This document shows, piece by piece, positions 1 to 13,662 of a stretch of 64,000 nucleotides of DNA. The stretch spans positions 71,240,001 to 71,304,000 of the forward strand of contig CM052816.1 in assembly GCA_028534125.1 (NCBI GenBank). Reading direction: 5' to 3'. Made by a program: the position numbers and the translations under genes. The notes beneath the pieces are model-generated. The model did not search any database and was not told where the DNA came from. It saw nothing but the letters and a program-made list of their open reading frames with translations. Source of the DNA: Lama glama. Lineage: Eukaryota. Within the stretch, counting starts at the first letter, position 1. Every line of letters begins with the position of its first letter.

Positions 1-42
1 GCAAGAAAGAAAAAAGGAGAGAGAGAAGTTGGATTGATGGAA

Positions 43-486
43 TGTTCTGGATTGTATTTGCTCCTCCCCCAAATTTTCCTATGTTGAAGCCCTATTCCCT
101 AATGTGACTCTCTTTGGATATAGGACCTTTAAGGATGTAATTAAGGTTATAGGAGGTCATAAGGGTGTGGCCCTAATTCAAATAGGACTGGTGTCCTTAT
201 AACATGGGGAAGAAACACTAGACAGTGTGCTTGTTTGCTCTGTGTCACTTTCTCTCTTTTTCGTTCTCTTTTTCTTTCTCTCATACACAGAGGAAAAGCT
301 GGGTAAGAAACAGCAAGAAAGCGGCAGCTGTCTGCAAGGCAGTTAGAGAGGTTTCATCAGAAACCAACCCTGCTGGCACCTTGATCCTGGGCTCCTAATC
401 TCCAGAACTGTGAAAGAATAAATTTCTAAGATTTAAGTCACCTAGTCTGTGCTATCTTGTTATGGCAGCCTGAGCAGACTAGTACA
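43..486 (+). mobile_element. MaLR solo LTR (MLT1A/B-like)
   Basis: TG...CA termini flanked by a perfect 5-bp TSD TGGAA (38-42, 487-491). MLT1 motifs include atgttgaagccct, ggactggtgtccttataa, tccagaactgtga, AATAAA and ttatggcagcc. Confidence 0.9.
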
Positions 487-1559
487 TGGAAGGAAGGCAG
501 CTGTAGGTGAATGAATGAGAAGATGCTGTTGGCAGGGGACCCAAAATGACTATTACGAAAAGGAATGTCTTATGAGGGATTGCAAGGGTTTTTGTGCACG
601 TGCACTATGCGATTCCACCTTGTGACCCCCACATCTTCAGTAGACCCTGCTACACTCATATATGCTCACCGTTTACCTTTTGTTTCTGTCCTCAGCAGCC
701 AAGGAAGGGGCAGAATTTCATACCTGCGTAGACATAATGCAGACCAGAGGCAGCACACACAAGGAGGAGCTCAGGGGCAGCTGGGGCCCGGGGAATACAA
801 GCTAGGGGCAGGGGTGACATTGCAGGAATCCGGAGGATAGATTTAGAATTTGGGCAACATCATCTAGACCAAGAGACATCTTAAAATAGGGATAAATTGA
901 GGAACCTCAGAAATTATCTCTAATGCAATCCTTCAATTTAAAGATAAAGAAATTGGGGCTTTGAGAGGTGAGGACTGAAATATTCCTGTGCTGTATTCTT
1001 GGCAGCTGGAAAGTAGCAACAAGGTTTGGGAACTCCAAATGCAGAGCTTTTTTGTTTGTTTATTATAATACTGCTTCTCATTTGCTTTGGACCATATACA
1101 AAATTTTTTTTTCAATCTCTAGCCTTGTACCACCTCTTTACATTTCTCCATCTTACTGGTATTAATTTGATTTGAAAAATCATACAATAACTATGCCCAG
1201 TGTTGTTTGAGAAACAAAATAAGATTATTGGATATGAAACTGCCTTGCCAACTGTAAAGTTGTATAAAAATGTAGGGTGTTATTGTTACTTATTACTCAA
1301 CTGTGTAGTAAATTCTGTAAATATGTTCTCTTTCATCTGATGAGAGAAATTCAATTTTATTTTCAAACTGTTCAGACCAGGGGAATACAGTCTTCTTTAC
1401 TAGTGCAGGAAACATCATCGTTGATTTTTGTCAGAACACACACACACACCCCTAGTAGAAACATCCAACTCAAGAGGCAGAAAAATGGAAAGGTTCTGAC
1501 TTTCCATTTAAACAGGCTCAAGTTAATTAAATAGTTGCTTATCCTGGAATACCTCCCTA

Positions 1560-1650
1560 AGCATCTCTATGACTCAGTTGCCTCCTCTGTGAAATGGACC
1601 AATATTCTCTTTGCAGGGTTGCTGTGGAGGATGAAGGAGATAAAACAGAT
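1560..1650 (+). mobile_element. MIR SINE fragment
   Basis: MIR core-like ctcagttgcctcctctgtgaaatgg...cagggttgctgtggaggatgaa. Confidence 0.65.
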
Positions 1651-3194
1651 AAAGTGTGGTTTCCTGAGTGTCATTTACAGAAATACATCTCTGTATAACC
1701 CTTACAGAAACGACTCATCAGTGAACTGGGAATGACAGAGTGTTGCCATCACAGAGTCACCCAGTGGATGACAGGACAGCACACACATAGCAAAAGTTAA
1801 TTCCCTTCTTTTTAAAGAGAACCAATCTTAGGTAGACTTAATTTTGTGAAGTGAAAGAGCGCTTTTTTTTCATTCACAATGATATTAAGTCTTGGGTTCC
1901 TAGTTAAAAGAGCAGATACGAGAAATAAACAAGGCTAGGGTAACAAATATATATTTATTTTGTCAAGTGGGTGTCCAGTCAGCCCTTAAAGATGTTTACC
2001 TCAGTAAAGAACTGGCTTACAATTGATCTGATTTTCTGTCAGGGGGACTGTGCTAATGTTAACACAGCTCCACTGGGTCAGGCAAATGAAAGTGGCCCCA
2101 AAGGGTGAAGGCAGTTCCTGAAAGAGAAAGAATAGAGGGGCTTTTAAACTCTCCAGTTTCTAGTACACGTGAGATCATACTGGATGTGGTACAGACATTA
2201 CTTTGCCCTGAACAGTGGGGCAATTGAAAGACTCATATTTCTGCATCACAAGTACCAAAGAAAATATTTACATTTTAATTCATTGCATTTTTTTTGTAGA
2301 CATTTAGAATATAGCAATTTTGTCTCAACCTGAGTTAATGTAAAGACAAAACATTTTAAAGATAAACATTTATTTCAATAAATGTTGTTTAATTTTATTG
2401 AAGATTTAAACAAGAATATCCACAGTGAGTGGAAAGGTATACTAACTTTTAAAGAAGTGAAATAGTAAGAAAATAGAATTATAACAAAGGTATTTTGTTC
2501 CATATATTAATTGACGCTTGGGAGAAATTTAAATCTTGACTGGCTTTTAGATACTCAGAAATTCCTTTCGCCATATACTACATACGATTTGATAAAGATT
2601 CTGACATTTGGGACATGTTTTTAATTGAGTGCGATACAGAGATTCTAAAGTTCCCTAAATGTTTTGTCTGAATAAAAATATTACTTTTAGGCAGTGTAAA
2701 TGTAAAACTAGAGGAAATTCTAGGACATAAAATAGCAATCTAACTAAAAATATATACTATTCTTATACATTATTCATTTTCCTCCTACTATAAGAATGAC
2801 TCCCTAAAGTAACAGTTTGGAAGATAATATTGTTATATTCCAAATGCACTGTCCATAAAAAGCCACTGCAATAAAACTAAAATGTGTTACTTAATATTCA
2901 AAAATGTACAGCATGCTTCTTCAATATCACTCTAGTTGTATTAGCCAAGTTAATTAAGAACACTTTAGGAAAGTATAAAATACACTACTGTTTTAAAACA
3001 CTTTAAAGAATTAAAAAACAAAGCAAAGACCAATGAAGCAAAATGAAGAATTATCTTGAGGTCAAATATATTCCAAGAAATAACAGCCAGACAGAGTTAG
3101 GACTTAGAATAATAAAGTAGCTCTCACTTGTATCCAGTCCTCAAAGCCCCTGAGAATGCCTTTGTTACTCCGATGGACACAATATCTCCAGTAC

Positions 3195-3246
3195 CTAACT
3201 AACTAGCTAGCTAACTAGATAACTAACTAAATAAATAAATAAATAA
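3195..3246 (+). repeat. Compound tetranucleotide microsatellite (CTAA/CTAG)n-(TAAA)n
   Basis: Seen directly in the sequence. Confidence 0.85.
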
Positions 3247-4204
3247 GGGATGGGCTAGGTAGCAGTGTAGAGATAGGCATAAAAATCAACTTGAAATAGT
3301 GTCCCAGAAAGGAGCATTATTAATTCCTTCTATTGAAGTTCTTAGAAGTTGGCTAAATCTAGGCTGTCAGGATAAAAGAGACGTTTTTATTCCATTAATA
3401 TAAACTACAAAGGATCCAATGTGTTCAGTGGAAAATTTTATCTTGAAAAATTAAACTGAATCTTTTTTATTCAAAATGTTACTGACAGCAATATGTTGGT
3501 TGAAGTTCAGAAGAGAATCTCTCCACTGATCATCTGATCTGAGATTTCCAGTCGTCTTTGACTAATGAAAGCTCACTGTGGTCACTAGCCCACCTAGGAC
3601 CAGTGTGCCCTTTCTCACACATCTTTCCGTATGAGGTACTACCTCTTCTCTGCTGTGTGCAGTTTGGGGAAGTTGCTAAATCAAGTTGCTGAGTCCTCTC
3701 TCTAAGGAAATCTGGTTTTAAAACTTCCTTTAGAGCCTTTCTCTCACCACCTGTATAGCCAAGAGGCAAGAACATGACTTGAATACAATCAAATGGGTTT
3801 TTCTCTTTCAAGGGCTGGAGAATACAAAGATGAAAAAATGACTGGCATTTGTTCCTTCTGTTGACTACAGATCAGTTCTTGCTTCTGAACTATCATCTGT
3901 TGCCTGTCTCTTCAGCATCCCTTTGATATTCTAAGTGACTCCTATTCTTACAATAATTTTCCTTTTAGCCAAGAGTCAATTTTTTTTCCATTAAAAAACT
4001 AAAAGCCGTAAAAACCAAGAGTCAACAATGCAGTTAACCCAATTCTTCTCAATCCTTTATCTTCCTAGCCAACCATACATATAAGTAAGTTTAGATTCAG
4101 GCCCAGAGCTAAATTTGGCATGGGAGTGAGTGAGCATCACCCAGTTTCTGGTACCTGAGACCATACTGCCCATGGTACAGACACTGCTTTGCCCTATTGT
4201 GTAC

Positions 4205-4392
4205 AGAGTGTTTGTCATGTGTCAGGCACTATGATGAGGAGTGGATGTAAGACACATCATTTACTCCTCACAACAAACCTATAAAGCAGGTCCTATTATA
4301 ACGACCATTTTACATATAAAAAATGGACCCCCGAATTAGAGAGGTTAAGTAGTTTTCCCATGTCCCACAGCTAGCAAGTGGCAGAGTTAGAT
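4205..4392 (-). mobile_element. MIR SINE
   Basis: tgtcaggcact...ctcacaacaaacctat...cattttaca...agagaggttaagta...cacagctagcaagtggcagag is reverse-orientation MIR. Confidence 0.8.
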
Positions 4393-4954
4393 GATACAAG
4401 TGCCTCAGAAAGGAGTTAAAGAAAGTATAAACAATGTGGTAAGATTTATGGCTAAAGTTTTCTCCAGGCTTCCTCTCAACTGTTAGAAGGAGAAATACCT
4501 CTCTCCCATTCCTGCTGCTTCTTTCCCTGAAGATAATTTTTTTTTTCCCTTTTAACTTGCCTGGTTACCTGGCTGGTCAATAATAGCCAGCCATTGATCC
4601 AAATGTGTCAGCTGAATAGATCTAATCCATCAAAAATTATGATTGGAGGAATTTAGTCTCTTACTCCTTTACTCTTTCTTGGGTAAGCATATGCTCAAAG
4701 GGCAGATATTTTTACTTCTAGACCCAGGGGAAACAGAGAGTCAGTGCCTTATTTGTCCTAAGCCACAGTGTTCATTCCAATTTTTATCAATAGTCAAGAA
4801 ATTATTTTGATGCTCCAATCTGCAGATTCACTAGCATAATTTTTAGTTGGTTCTTAACACGGGTGAGAGAGGAGTACAGTTTGGCATGCCTGCTCAAAAT
4901 CATCCACTTCACCATCTTTCAACACCCCCATTTTTTACATAAATTTGTAGACTT

Positions 4955-5045
4955 GGAGGGGGATTATAGCTCAGTGGTAGAGTCCATGCTTAGCATCCAT
5001 GAGGACCTGATTTCAATCCCTAGTACCTCCATTAAAAAAAAAAAA
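4955..5045 (+). mobile_element. Camelid tRNA-derived SINE (Vic-1-like, short form)
   Basis: A-box tagctcagtggtagag, B-box-like gatttcaatccc, agtacctcca and a poly(A) tail. Confidence 0.9.
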
Positions 5046-6469
5046 GCAATGCTATAACCAAAGTTAAAGCTCCCATATAGCCTTTAAAATTTTTGTAGAA
5101 TTTTTTAATTAATTTAAATTAATATTGACTCTAACTAGAACAATGGCCCATAAGAAAATAATTCTCATATTTCTCAGCTCTCCAGAGAGGACAGCATTGG
5201 AGTCATGGATACTCCTAGCATTCAGATCCCCAAAATGATAAATGATCAACATAGCTATTTTTTAATAAGGGAAAGAGAAAAGTGGGTAGAAAATAATATA
5301 GGAGAAAACCTACTTAAGAATCCCTGAAGTCGACCACAATTAATGTAATTAGCTTTCTTTTTTCCCCTGATGGCCTTTGCACATGTTAAATGATTCTGAA
5401 ATTTAAATCTCTTATGAACATGCAACATTAAGCATACAGAAAAAGTGAACTACATCAGGCTCATTTAGGAGCTCACTGGGAAAATGTCCAAGAAATTAAT
5501 CTTAGTGATTGAAAAGTACATTAAAAGAATCTTCCAATTCATTAGAAAAAGAGAAAAAAAGAAAGTTTTGACCTATAGCTTTACATATGGTTTATATATA
5601 CAGCCTCTAAATTGACTTCAACTTCCCAAAGATAGAATGTGTCTAACTATTCTTAGAAAAAGAGAAGTCCACAGGTTTTCTGAGCCAGGCCACTTGGAGT
5701 AGAAAAGGGATGGTTGTTGTTTTCTCAAGGATTCTTACTGAGAATAGCACATGCAAACAGCAGGTAGAGCTCTCCCAACTTTCCAGTCGGGAAGTTGTAG
5801 GTGTTCTTCTGTTCCTTTTTGAGAACAGGAAAAAGACCAGCAAAGACCAGCATCAAATGAACGATAAGACCTGAGGACTTTTCCAGAGGGGACCAAGGTC
5901 ATCTTCTGGAGTCGGGATGGCTTTCACTTCCTCCTTACATTCCGATTAATTAAGTGAGCCTAGACCATCAAGTAAAGAATACAAAATACTGGGATGTCAG
6001 GATACGTTGATACCCTTTTTTAAAAAGCATTGTTCTAGCAGCTTTTATTGTAGCCACCTGATCCCTATCAAATATGGCAGTGGACCAGCCTAAGTTGTTC
6101 ATTGAGAGGATCTTTTGATTTTCATGTAGCAGTGTAAACCAACTGGGAAATCAGCAAATTAACTTCAGGCCACTGTTAGAGTGATGATGTGAGTCACTGT
6201 TCTCCCAGGAAAGTGCCTGAGGTTATGTCAATCCATCAGAAGGTTTAGCATCATCTAATTCATCACTGTAGTTACGGGCAGAAAAGAGAGATTTCTTCCA
6301 CAACTGTATCTCTTAGATGCTTTCTCCTAACCATTCGGATTTTTTTTATTACACTTTGTCCAAAATTTGGTGATATTAATCATAAAATAGCTTATTACAC
6401 AGACTGTAACATTCCACAGACTTTCTTTAGAATCCTCACTCTGGACTTAATAGTTAAAATTTTTGATAT

Positions 6470-6600
6470 TACCTTCTTTTAGTTTCTTCACTTGTAAAAT
6501 GGGGCTATAATACCTATTTAACACAGTGGTTGTAAGGTTTAAATTAGACATTCAATGAAAACTATTCGGTGTATACTGAGTACTCAATAAATCGTTGCTA
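6470..6600 (+). mobile_element. MIR SINE fragment
   Basis: agtttcttcacttgtaaaatggggctataatacct...gtactcaataaat. Confidence 0.7.
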
Positions 6601-7015
6601 GTATTATATTATCATCATCATCATCATTGGAAACCATGAGTTTTAGAAGCCTTATATAAGGACTGTGAGTTTTCAGTAGCACTGCATAGAGATTTTAGCC
6701 CTAGGGAGAGTTAAACTACAGTTCTCCTTTGTGTCCTAAACAAAGGATTACTTGAAGAGCCAGGGTTAGAAGAGCTGGATAATCCACTAGCAGAGCCAAA
6801 GGCCAGGATTCAGCTGTAGGGCAGCATGAAAGTATTCCTAAAACACCTCCTAGATAGCGGATAGGGGTGGAGACTGCTCCCACCACCTCCCGTCCATCGT
6901 TACGGTTAACAGCGTAAATTAATTAAGTAATAAGTTAAATAATAAAATTAAATAATAATATAAAGAGAGAAGTGGAGGTATTAAGATAAAACAATGAAAA
7001 AAATACATGCATTAT

Positions 7016-7156
7016 GGGAAGGGTATAGCTCAGAGGTAGAGTGCCTGCCTAGCACGCACAAGGTCGAGTTGAATCCCCAGTACTACCATTAAAAAATAAA
7101 TAAATAAACCTAATTATCTCCCCCCTCCAAAAATCAAAACCAAAACAACAAAAAAG
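7016..7156 (+). mobile_element. Camelid tRNA-derived SINE (Vic-1-like, long form)
   Basis: tRNA head followed by an aaacctaattatctccccc module and A-rich tail. TSD AAATACATGCATT (7001-7013) / AAATATATGCATT (7157-7169). Confidence 0.9.
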
Positions 7157-7224
7157 AAATATATGCATTTAATAAACCCAGTTATTATGAAAAGTGAAAA
7201 AAACCAATCATAAAAATGTTATGC

Positions 7225-7650
7225 ATGTTTCCCTTTACGTAAAAATTCTCTAAATGACAGAATTATGGGTGGATAACAGCAGTAGTTACCAGGGGCTCGG
7301 ACCAAAGCAGTGGGGGTTAGCATAGCATAGGAGAATCCCTTTGTGGTAGTGGAACAGTTCCGTGTCTTGATTGTGGTGGTGGTTACATCAGTCTGTACAC
7401 GTGATAGAATATCATAGAACAGCACACACATACCCATACATGAGTGCGCATGAAAACTGCTGGAATCTGAATGTCTGTAATCTAGCTGGCAAGGTTGTGT
7501 CAATGTCAATTTTCTTGTTTTGATAATGTATTTTAGTTATGGAAGATGTTACCATTGAAGGAAATTTGTTGAAAGGTTTATGAGGATCTCGGTACTGTGC
7601 TTTGAACTTTCTCTGAGGGTATAATTATTTCAAAATAAAAAATTTAAAAA
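7225..7650 (+). mobile_element. Old LINE-1 3' UTR (L1MC/MD-like)
   Basis: gtagttaccagggg...ttgattgtggtggtggttaca...aatgtcaattttc...gatgttaccattg...ataattatttcaaaataaaaa. Confidence 0.8.
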
Positions 7651-7699
7651 GTTAAACCCAAAACAGAAGATGGTGGCAATAATCACAAAAGGCTTAAAA

Positions 7700-8500
7700 T
7701 CAAATACAGAATTCTTAATAATTATATAGAAAAGCTATGTAAGTATAAAATCCATAAAAATAGATTTGATTGTATGATTTTTAAACGTCTGCATTTCCAA
7801 ATACACAATGAATAGATTAAAAAAAGCAAATTTAAACTGTGAATATTACTTATGGCAAGATTGACAGACAGAGGATGGCCCCCAATAATAAAGAGCTCTC
7901 TTATTGTTAAAATTGAGAAAGCCAAAAATCCAGAAAAAGTGGGTAATAATATGATACTACAACTAACAAAAAATAAATGACAAACATACAAAAAAGTATT
8001 TAACTCCTCTAAACCTATAAAACTTTATCTATAAAACTCCTCTGGTTTTTGAAAATGAGAAAGTTTTTATCTGAAATCGGCAAACATGTATTCTCTTGTA
8101 GAAGCCAGTATGTACACAGAGAAATGGGAACTCACATACATGTGAAGATGGGAATGTGACTGGGTACAACTCTTTCAGAAGGCACATTAGCAAAATATTT
8201 GCCAAAAACTTAAAAAAAGTACTGTTTTTTAATTTGAGAACTCTATCTATTTTGGAATTTGTCCTACCGGATAGTAGGAATTTATGAACAAAGCAGCTCA
8301 TCATAATGACATTTTTACAAAATAAAACCTTAAAATATTTTTAATTATAAATAGTAAAACATTATTTTAAAAAAAATTTTAAGTATTTTTAAACTGGTTA
8401 AATAAATTATATTATTTCTTTACCACGAGTCCATTAAAACTGATGTTATAAAAGTACATTTATTGAGGTAGAAAGATGTCTGTTTTGAAAAGAGTAGGTA
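7700..8500 (+). mobile_element. Highly decayed L1ME-type ORF2/3' fragments
   Basis: A-rich, with L1-like motifs such as agaaatgggaactcacatac...gggaatgtgactgggtacaac. Confidence 0.5.
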
Positions 8501-10518
8501 ATACAAAAATATGTTTTGTTAAAAACCTATTTCTTATTTTTTTCCGACTTTCTCTAATCTTTATTAAACTTAGTTCCAGTATTTCAATTATATTTTGAAT
8601 GACATGAATATTATCCTATTGTTTGTGATAAATTTATTTTTAAATCATATTTTATTTTTGTTTTTTCTTGAAATCATTATTCTAAATAAAAAGAAATTAT
8701 AGTCATGCAAATTCAGGTTACAGAAATACATAATGTAGAAAGTATCCATCACTCAACACAAACTATTACTCTCAAACAAGTAAATAAATAAATATCACTA
8801 AATTAAAACTAACCATAAAAAAGAAAGTGAGATTCACCTACAATCCTTTTTTTAATCAAACATAAATATCAACCCCAAATCCTTGCTGTGTTTAGCTGAG
8901 TTAACACACTATACATTTCTTCTAGATCTTATAAAAGCAAAGCACTGAAAAAAAATTCCACAAGAAAACCCTAATAAAAACCATAATAATGTAACAATGT
9001 GATTACATATAACTGGAATCTTTATAATAGAAAAATAATAATAAAACTGTATTAAAACAAATACTTTGTGCCTCCTAGTAGCATGCATTTTTATTTTATT
9101 TCCTCTTGATTGACAATAAAATACTAATCTCAAAGAAAAGAAGTTCAAACCCATTATGGATATTATTGTTCCTTAGCATAAATTTTGTCTTTTTTTTTTT
9201 AAACAATAAGAGAATGTAGGCTATGGAGACCATGATATAATCATGACTATAAAAAAAAAAAAGGAGGATTTTGGGAAATCACATTATAACCGAATATTTT
9301 CCTTATCTTAGTTTCATGATGCTGATCAATATTTATAAAATGAAAGGTTTCATTTAAAACACGTTATCAATAAAAGGTTAAACTTGGTGGTTAACTTTAT
9401 TTTCCATATTTTTGTGGGCAATAAAAATCTTCTATACCTACCTTTATGGAAAGAAGCTGTAACATTTACTCTAAATTTGCAGTAATCCTAGTTGGCTAAA
9501 GTTGCAGGCTTTTACATTGTTGAAAACATATATTTACAAAGCATCAATTTTCCTATTTTTCAATAACAAAAAGTACATTATTTGTGATTATAACATTAAA
9601 TATTTTGGTTGTGATATTCAGTAGAAGTTATCCTTACTGATAGAAGTGAAATATCAAAGGTTTGGAAACATTAACAAGGAGATAAGAAAATGAAATCATA
9701 GATTTTTTTATGGTTATTATTATTCAGCATTAAAATTTTCTGACATTAGACATTTAGTTCTTAAAACATGTATCTCTTGCTTTTCACATGATTCTTTTTT
9801 CTGTTGTTCTATTTTCACAGTATTCAATGAGTTAGAAAACCAGAATTTAACATAACAAATGCTCTGGAAATGTTTCTACAAAACCTAAAAAGAAACCCTG
9901 AATAGAATGAATGTAATTCCTGTATCTCACTGAAATATTCACATCTCCAGACAGTCACGATAACAGATCTTACACTGGTATGAAAAGAAGATATGTTCCT
10001 CTGTTCCTTGTGAATATTTGCAGAATAAGCTAATAATGACATTGTATTAAGTGGCTTTGTCAGGGAGCTGACTCTGATTTCTCACATTTTTTTGTGAGTA
10101 GGTTGTGTTAAGGAAGAGGTTTTGTTATTGTTTTTATTTTGTTTTGTATTTGCTTTTTACTATTATTCTACTCTATTTTTAAGGGTAAGAGAAAAACTGT
10201 TACTGCTTAAGATGACCAGAGAAGTCTGTTTGGGTCATAGAAGGAATGTGACCCTGTGGTTCTAGAACAAAAGCAGAGGCAAAGCATATCCTATAGAAAC
10301 AAGATCTGTTGTTTTGTCAATGGAGAGTAAACTGACATGGTTAAGGTGAGTTGGGATTTTTTTCACCCTTTTAGTAAATACAGAGCCAACACATGGGCTA
10401 TTTGGAAAGTTTCTTCCTCTAGGAAATCACTAAGTTATTCATTCAACCAACTTATTAGGTGTTAAGCTCTGTGCAAAATACTGAAAATTCAAGTATAATT
10501 AGGATATGATCCCCATCT

Positions 10519-10610
10519 TTTTATTTATTTTTTAATGGAGGTACTGGGGATTGAACCCAGGACCTTGTGTAAGCTAAGCATGTACTCTAGCACTGAGTTG
10601 TAGACCCCCA
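10519..10610 (-). mobile_element. Camelid tRNA-derived SINE (short form), inserted in an L2 3' fragment
   Basis: tggaggtactggggattgaacccaggacc...cactgag. Approximate TSD ATCCCCATCT (10509-10518) / ATCTCCATCT (10611-10620). L2-like attcattcaac at about 10437. Confidence 0.85.
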
Positions 10611-10939
10611 ATCTCCATCTCTTTAGTATATCACAAAGGTAAGAGAGGCAGACAGCTAAGCAAATTTTTGTAATATGTTATGAAAAATAATAAGAAAAAA
10701 GAGAAGTAAAAGGTACAAAAGGGAAAGCAAAAGACTGTGATATGTCCTTTTTATCAGGGGAAGGTTCAGCAAAATCTATTCAAAAAAGTAACAGAACTTT
10801 ATTTTGCAGGATAAATGAAATTTTTCCTAACAATAGGAATAGAAATGATAATCCAAATAAGGAGAAGACTGTACACAAACACAACATATACAACAACACA
10901 GAACCTTTGGGAGTCCCGTACAATGGAGCTTAACAATGG

Positions 10940-11526
10940 TGTGGCAGACAGACTCTCAGGTGACCCCCCTCCAGGATGACCCCCACCTCCTGGTCTTTGT
11001 ACCATCATGTAATCCTCTCCCCTTGGGTGTGGGTAGGACCTGTGAATTGCTTTTAACCAATAGAATATGCAAGGGTGATATACTGCTCCTCCTATGATTG
11101 TTGCGTTACCTAAGACACCTATTTTAGTAGCAGACATGCTAGGAGACTCTTCTTGCTGGTTTAATGAAATAAGCAGCCCATTTTGAGGAAGCCCACACAG
11201 CAAAGAACTGTGGGCAGCATCCCGGAGCTGTGGGTAGCCTGCAGCTGACAGCCAGCAAGAAGCTGAATGTCTCAGTCCTACAACCGTAAGGAAATGAATT
11301 TTGCCAACAACCTAAGTGACCATGGAAATGGCCCCTACCCCAGTGGAGCCATCAGGTAGGAACCTATCCCTGGCCAGCACCTTGACTGCAGGTTTGTGAG
11401 AACTTTAGACAGTGCGACTAAAGTGTGCCCGACTCCTGACCTACAGAAACTGTGACGATTAATTGTGTTGCTTTTAAGCTGCTAGGTCTGTGGTAAATTG
11501 TTACGCTACGATAGAGAAGTAATACA
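10940..11526 (+). mobile_element. MaLR solo LTR (MLT1F-like)
   Basis: tgtggcagac...taaccaatagaatatg...gacagccagcaagaagctg...cacagaaactgtga-like...taataca. Flanks AATGG/AATGA match at 4 of 5 TSD positions. Confidence 0.9.
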
Positions 11527-11600
11527 AATGATGAAGAGAAGTAGAGGGGAATACAAGGAGGTAGATCGTAGAGGGCCTATGTGTTACACTAATGATGAAT

Positions 11601-11636
11601 TAAAGAATGTACCCAAAATAAAGAATGTACCCAAAA
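11601..11636 (+). repeat. Perfect 18-bp tandem duplication
   Basis: TAAAGAATGTACCCAAAA occurs twice (11601-11618, 11619-11636). Confidence 0.9.
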
Positions 11637-12885
11637 GTTACACTGCAATAGCCTAGTGAAAAGGAAATAAAGACTTAAGTTAAGGCAGTAACAGGATAAA
11701 TAAGGAGATGTATCTCTGGTGGATGGTTGAGGAGCAAAACAATTCTAGGCATAAGATGCAACAAGTAAAACCTAATACCCTCCTCGCCCCCATATACATA
11801 TATGCACGGGGTAACCTATTTATAAAAATATAGAATAATGAAAAAATAATTCATTTAACCTATATTCATTAAATATTTATTATATTCTATATACTGTGTT
11901 TTTTTAACTGCCTAGAAGTGATAAAGAAAATGAATAGTAACTTTAAAAAAGCACACATACACACATTTCTATAGGATTTGATTTAATGAAAATAAAAGAA
12001 ATGTGGCTGAGCCAGTCTGCTGTCTCTGACATTGGCTCCAAGGGGCATGATGTGGTGGTTGTTTTAATCTTAAAGTTCTGGGAATGTCTCTGGAATCCAT
12101 GAGTTGTCTTCAGTGACTTTAAGGATTATGAGGAAGGGTTCAATAAAGCTAGTTTAGAAAATATTAATCTGAACCAGGAAAAGAATAGGGTCATCATGCT
12201 AAACCAGGCCAGAAATGATTTCTGTCTAGGAAAATGTAAGGAAAGAGACATTAATTAAGAATCTAAAAGTATATGTCAATACTAAGGAAAGAACACCAGG
12301 GGAAAAAACACAGTTAACGTACTGCAGTACCCAGGACTACTGTATCTGGCTTCTAACTCTAGATCCCAGATTAATTCCTATGTACTGTGCCACCTTGTTT
12401 CCTTCGTTTGTCATGTTAATTACATTGTCCAATTAAATTTAGAAGATATCTATATTTTTAGTCTCTAGCTTATCATCTTTTAGAGGTAAGCTTCATGATT
12501 TTATTCCTTCCCTGCTGCAAAAAAGCAGAAATAGTTATTAGTTCTTAGTAAGTCCAATCATTCTAGGGTCGGTTTCATAAAATTTAGCAGACTGAAGCAA
12601 GTGGTGAAGAAAGTTAAGAAAGCAATTGTTCCAATATATGGTTAATGTAAAAAGGATTATTTTTCTCCTTTGTACAAAATTGTACACCAAGGTCATCTAA
12701 CCATAAAGACTTCCACATTGTCTAATATTAGAAGACAACCCAACTCTATAATGTCAGTTCTCTTTCATATGGATATTTACCAGGGTTTTCATCAAAATGG
12801 ACCAGTTTCATAAGCATGGAACATGTAAGCCTCCCCATAACCCCTCTGCTCTATGAGCTCTTTAAAACTGTAAAACAAATTTTAT

Positions 12886-13409
12886 TGTGGTAGCTGATCT
12901 TCAAAGAGGTCCTCACAATTAACCATGCCTCCAAGTATTTGTGTCCTTGAGCCATGCCTTCTCCTTGACTCTGGCTGATGCTGTGATGAGCTTATAGGTA
13001 ATACAATGCAACCAAAATTACTCTGTATGACTATTAAGTCTATATTAATATGAAGGAGACTTGCAGTTTTTGCCTTGATGTTGGTGGGATATTTGCTCAG
13101 AAAGCCAGCAACCAGGGAAGACACTGCATTGCCATGATATCACCAGGTTGCTTGTGGAAAGACAGATCCCGGTCAACCCCTAACTCTTCAGCCATCCCAG
13201 CCCAAGTACTAGATATGAAAAAGGAAGACAGCCTGGTCATCTAACCAACTGACTGACCCAACATTTAACTGAAATCTCCTGAGAAACTCTTAAAAATTGA
13301 CCAGCTGAGTCCAGTCAACCCACAGAATTGTGACAGATAAGAGTAAACTGTTATTTAAAGGCACTGAGTTCTGGGGTGCTTCATCATGCAGCAATAGATA
13401 ACTGGAACA
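12886..13409 (+). mobile_element. MaLR solo LTR (MLT1H/G-like)
   Basis: TG...CA termini, perfect TSD TTTAT (12881-12885, 13410-13414), 3' end gcagcaatagataactggaaca. Confidence 0.85.
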
Positions 13410-13662
13410 TTTATTCACTCAAAAAGTGGGTTCATTGCCTTTACTCGTCTATTTGCCACCTGTTACTTCATGAAAAGGTTAAGTATAGATGGATGCATTC
13501 TACTTGAATCACAATTTTAAGAGTAAGATTTTTTTTATGTACATGTATAAGCAAGAACTTACCTATCTTTTTGACTTTCAAATAGTTTCATTTCTCATTT
13601 GATGAGCATTTTAGCACTAGCAGAAACATTCCCAAAAATGATTTCAAAAATTGCTTTCTCTT

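Noticed and set aside
4955..5045. tRNA gene (A and B boxes present), and likewise the other four copies
   Set aside because: SINE body with A-rich tail and, for several copies, TSDs; no intact cloverleaf evident
10799..11203. 134-aa ORF
   Set aside because: Mostly antisense MLT1 LTR sequence with no recognisable protein motif
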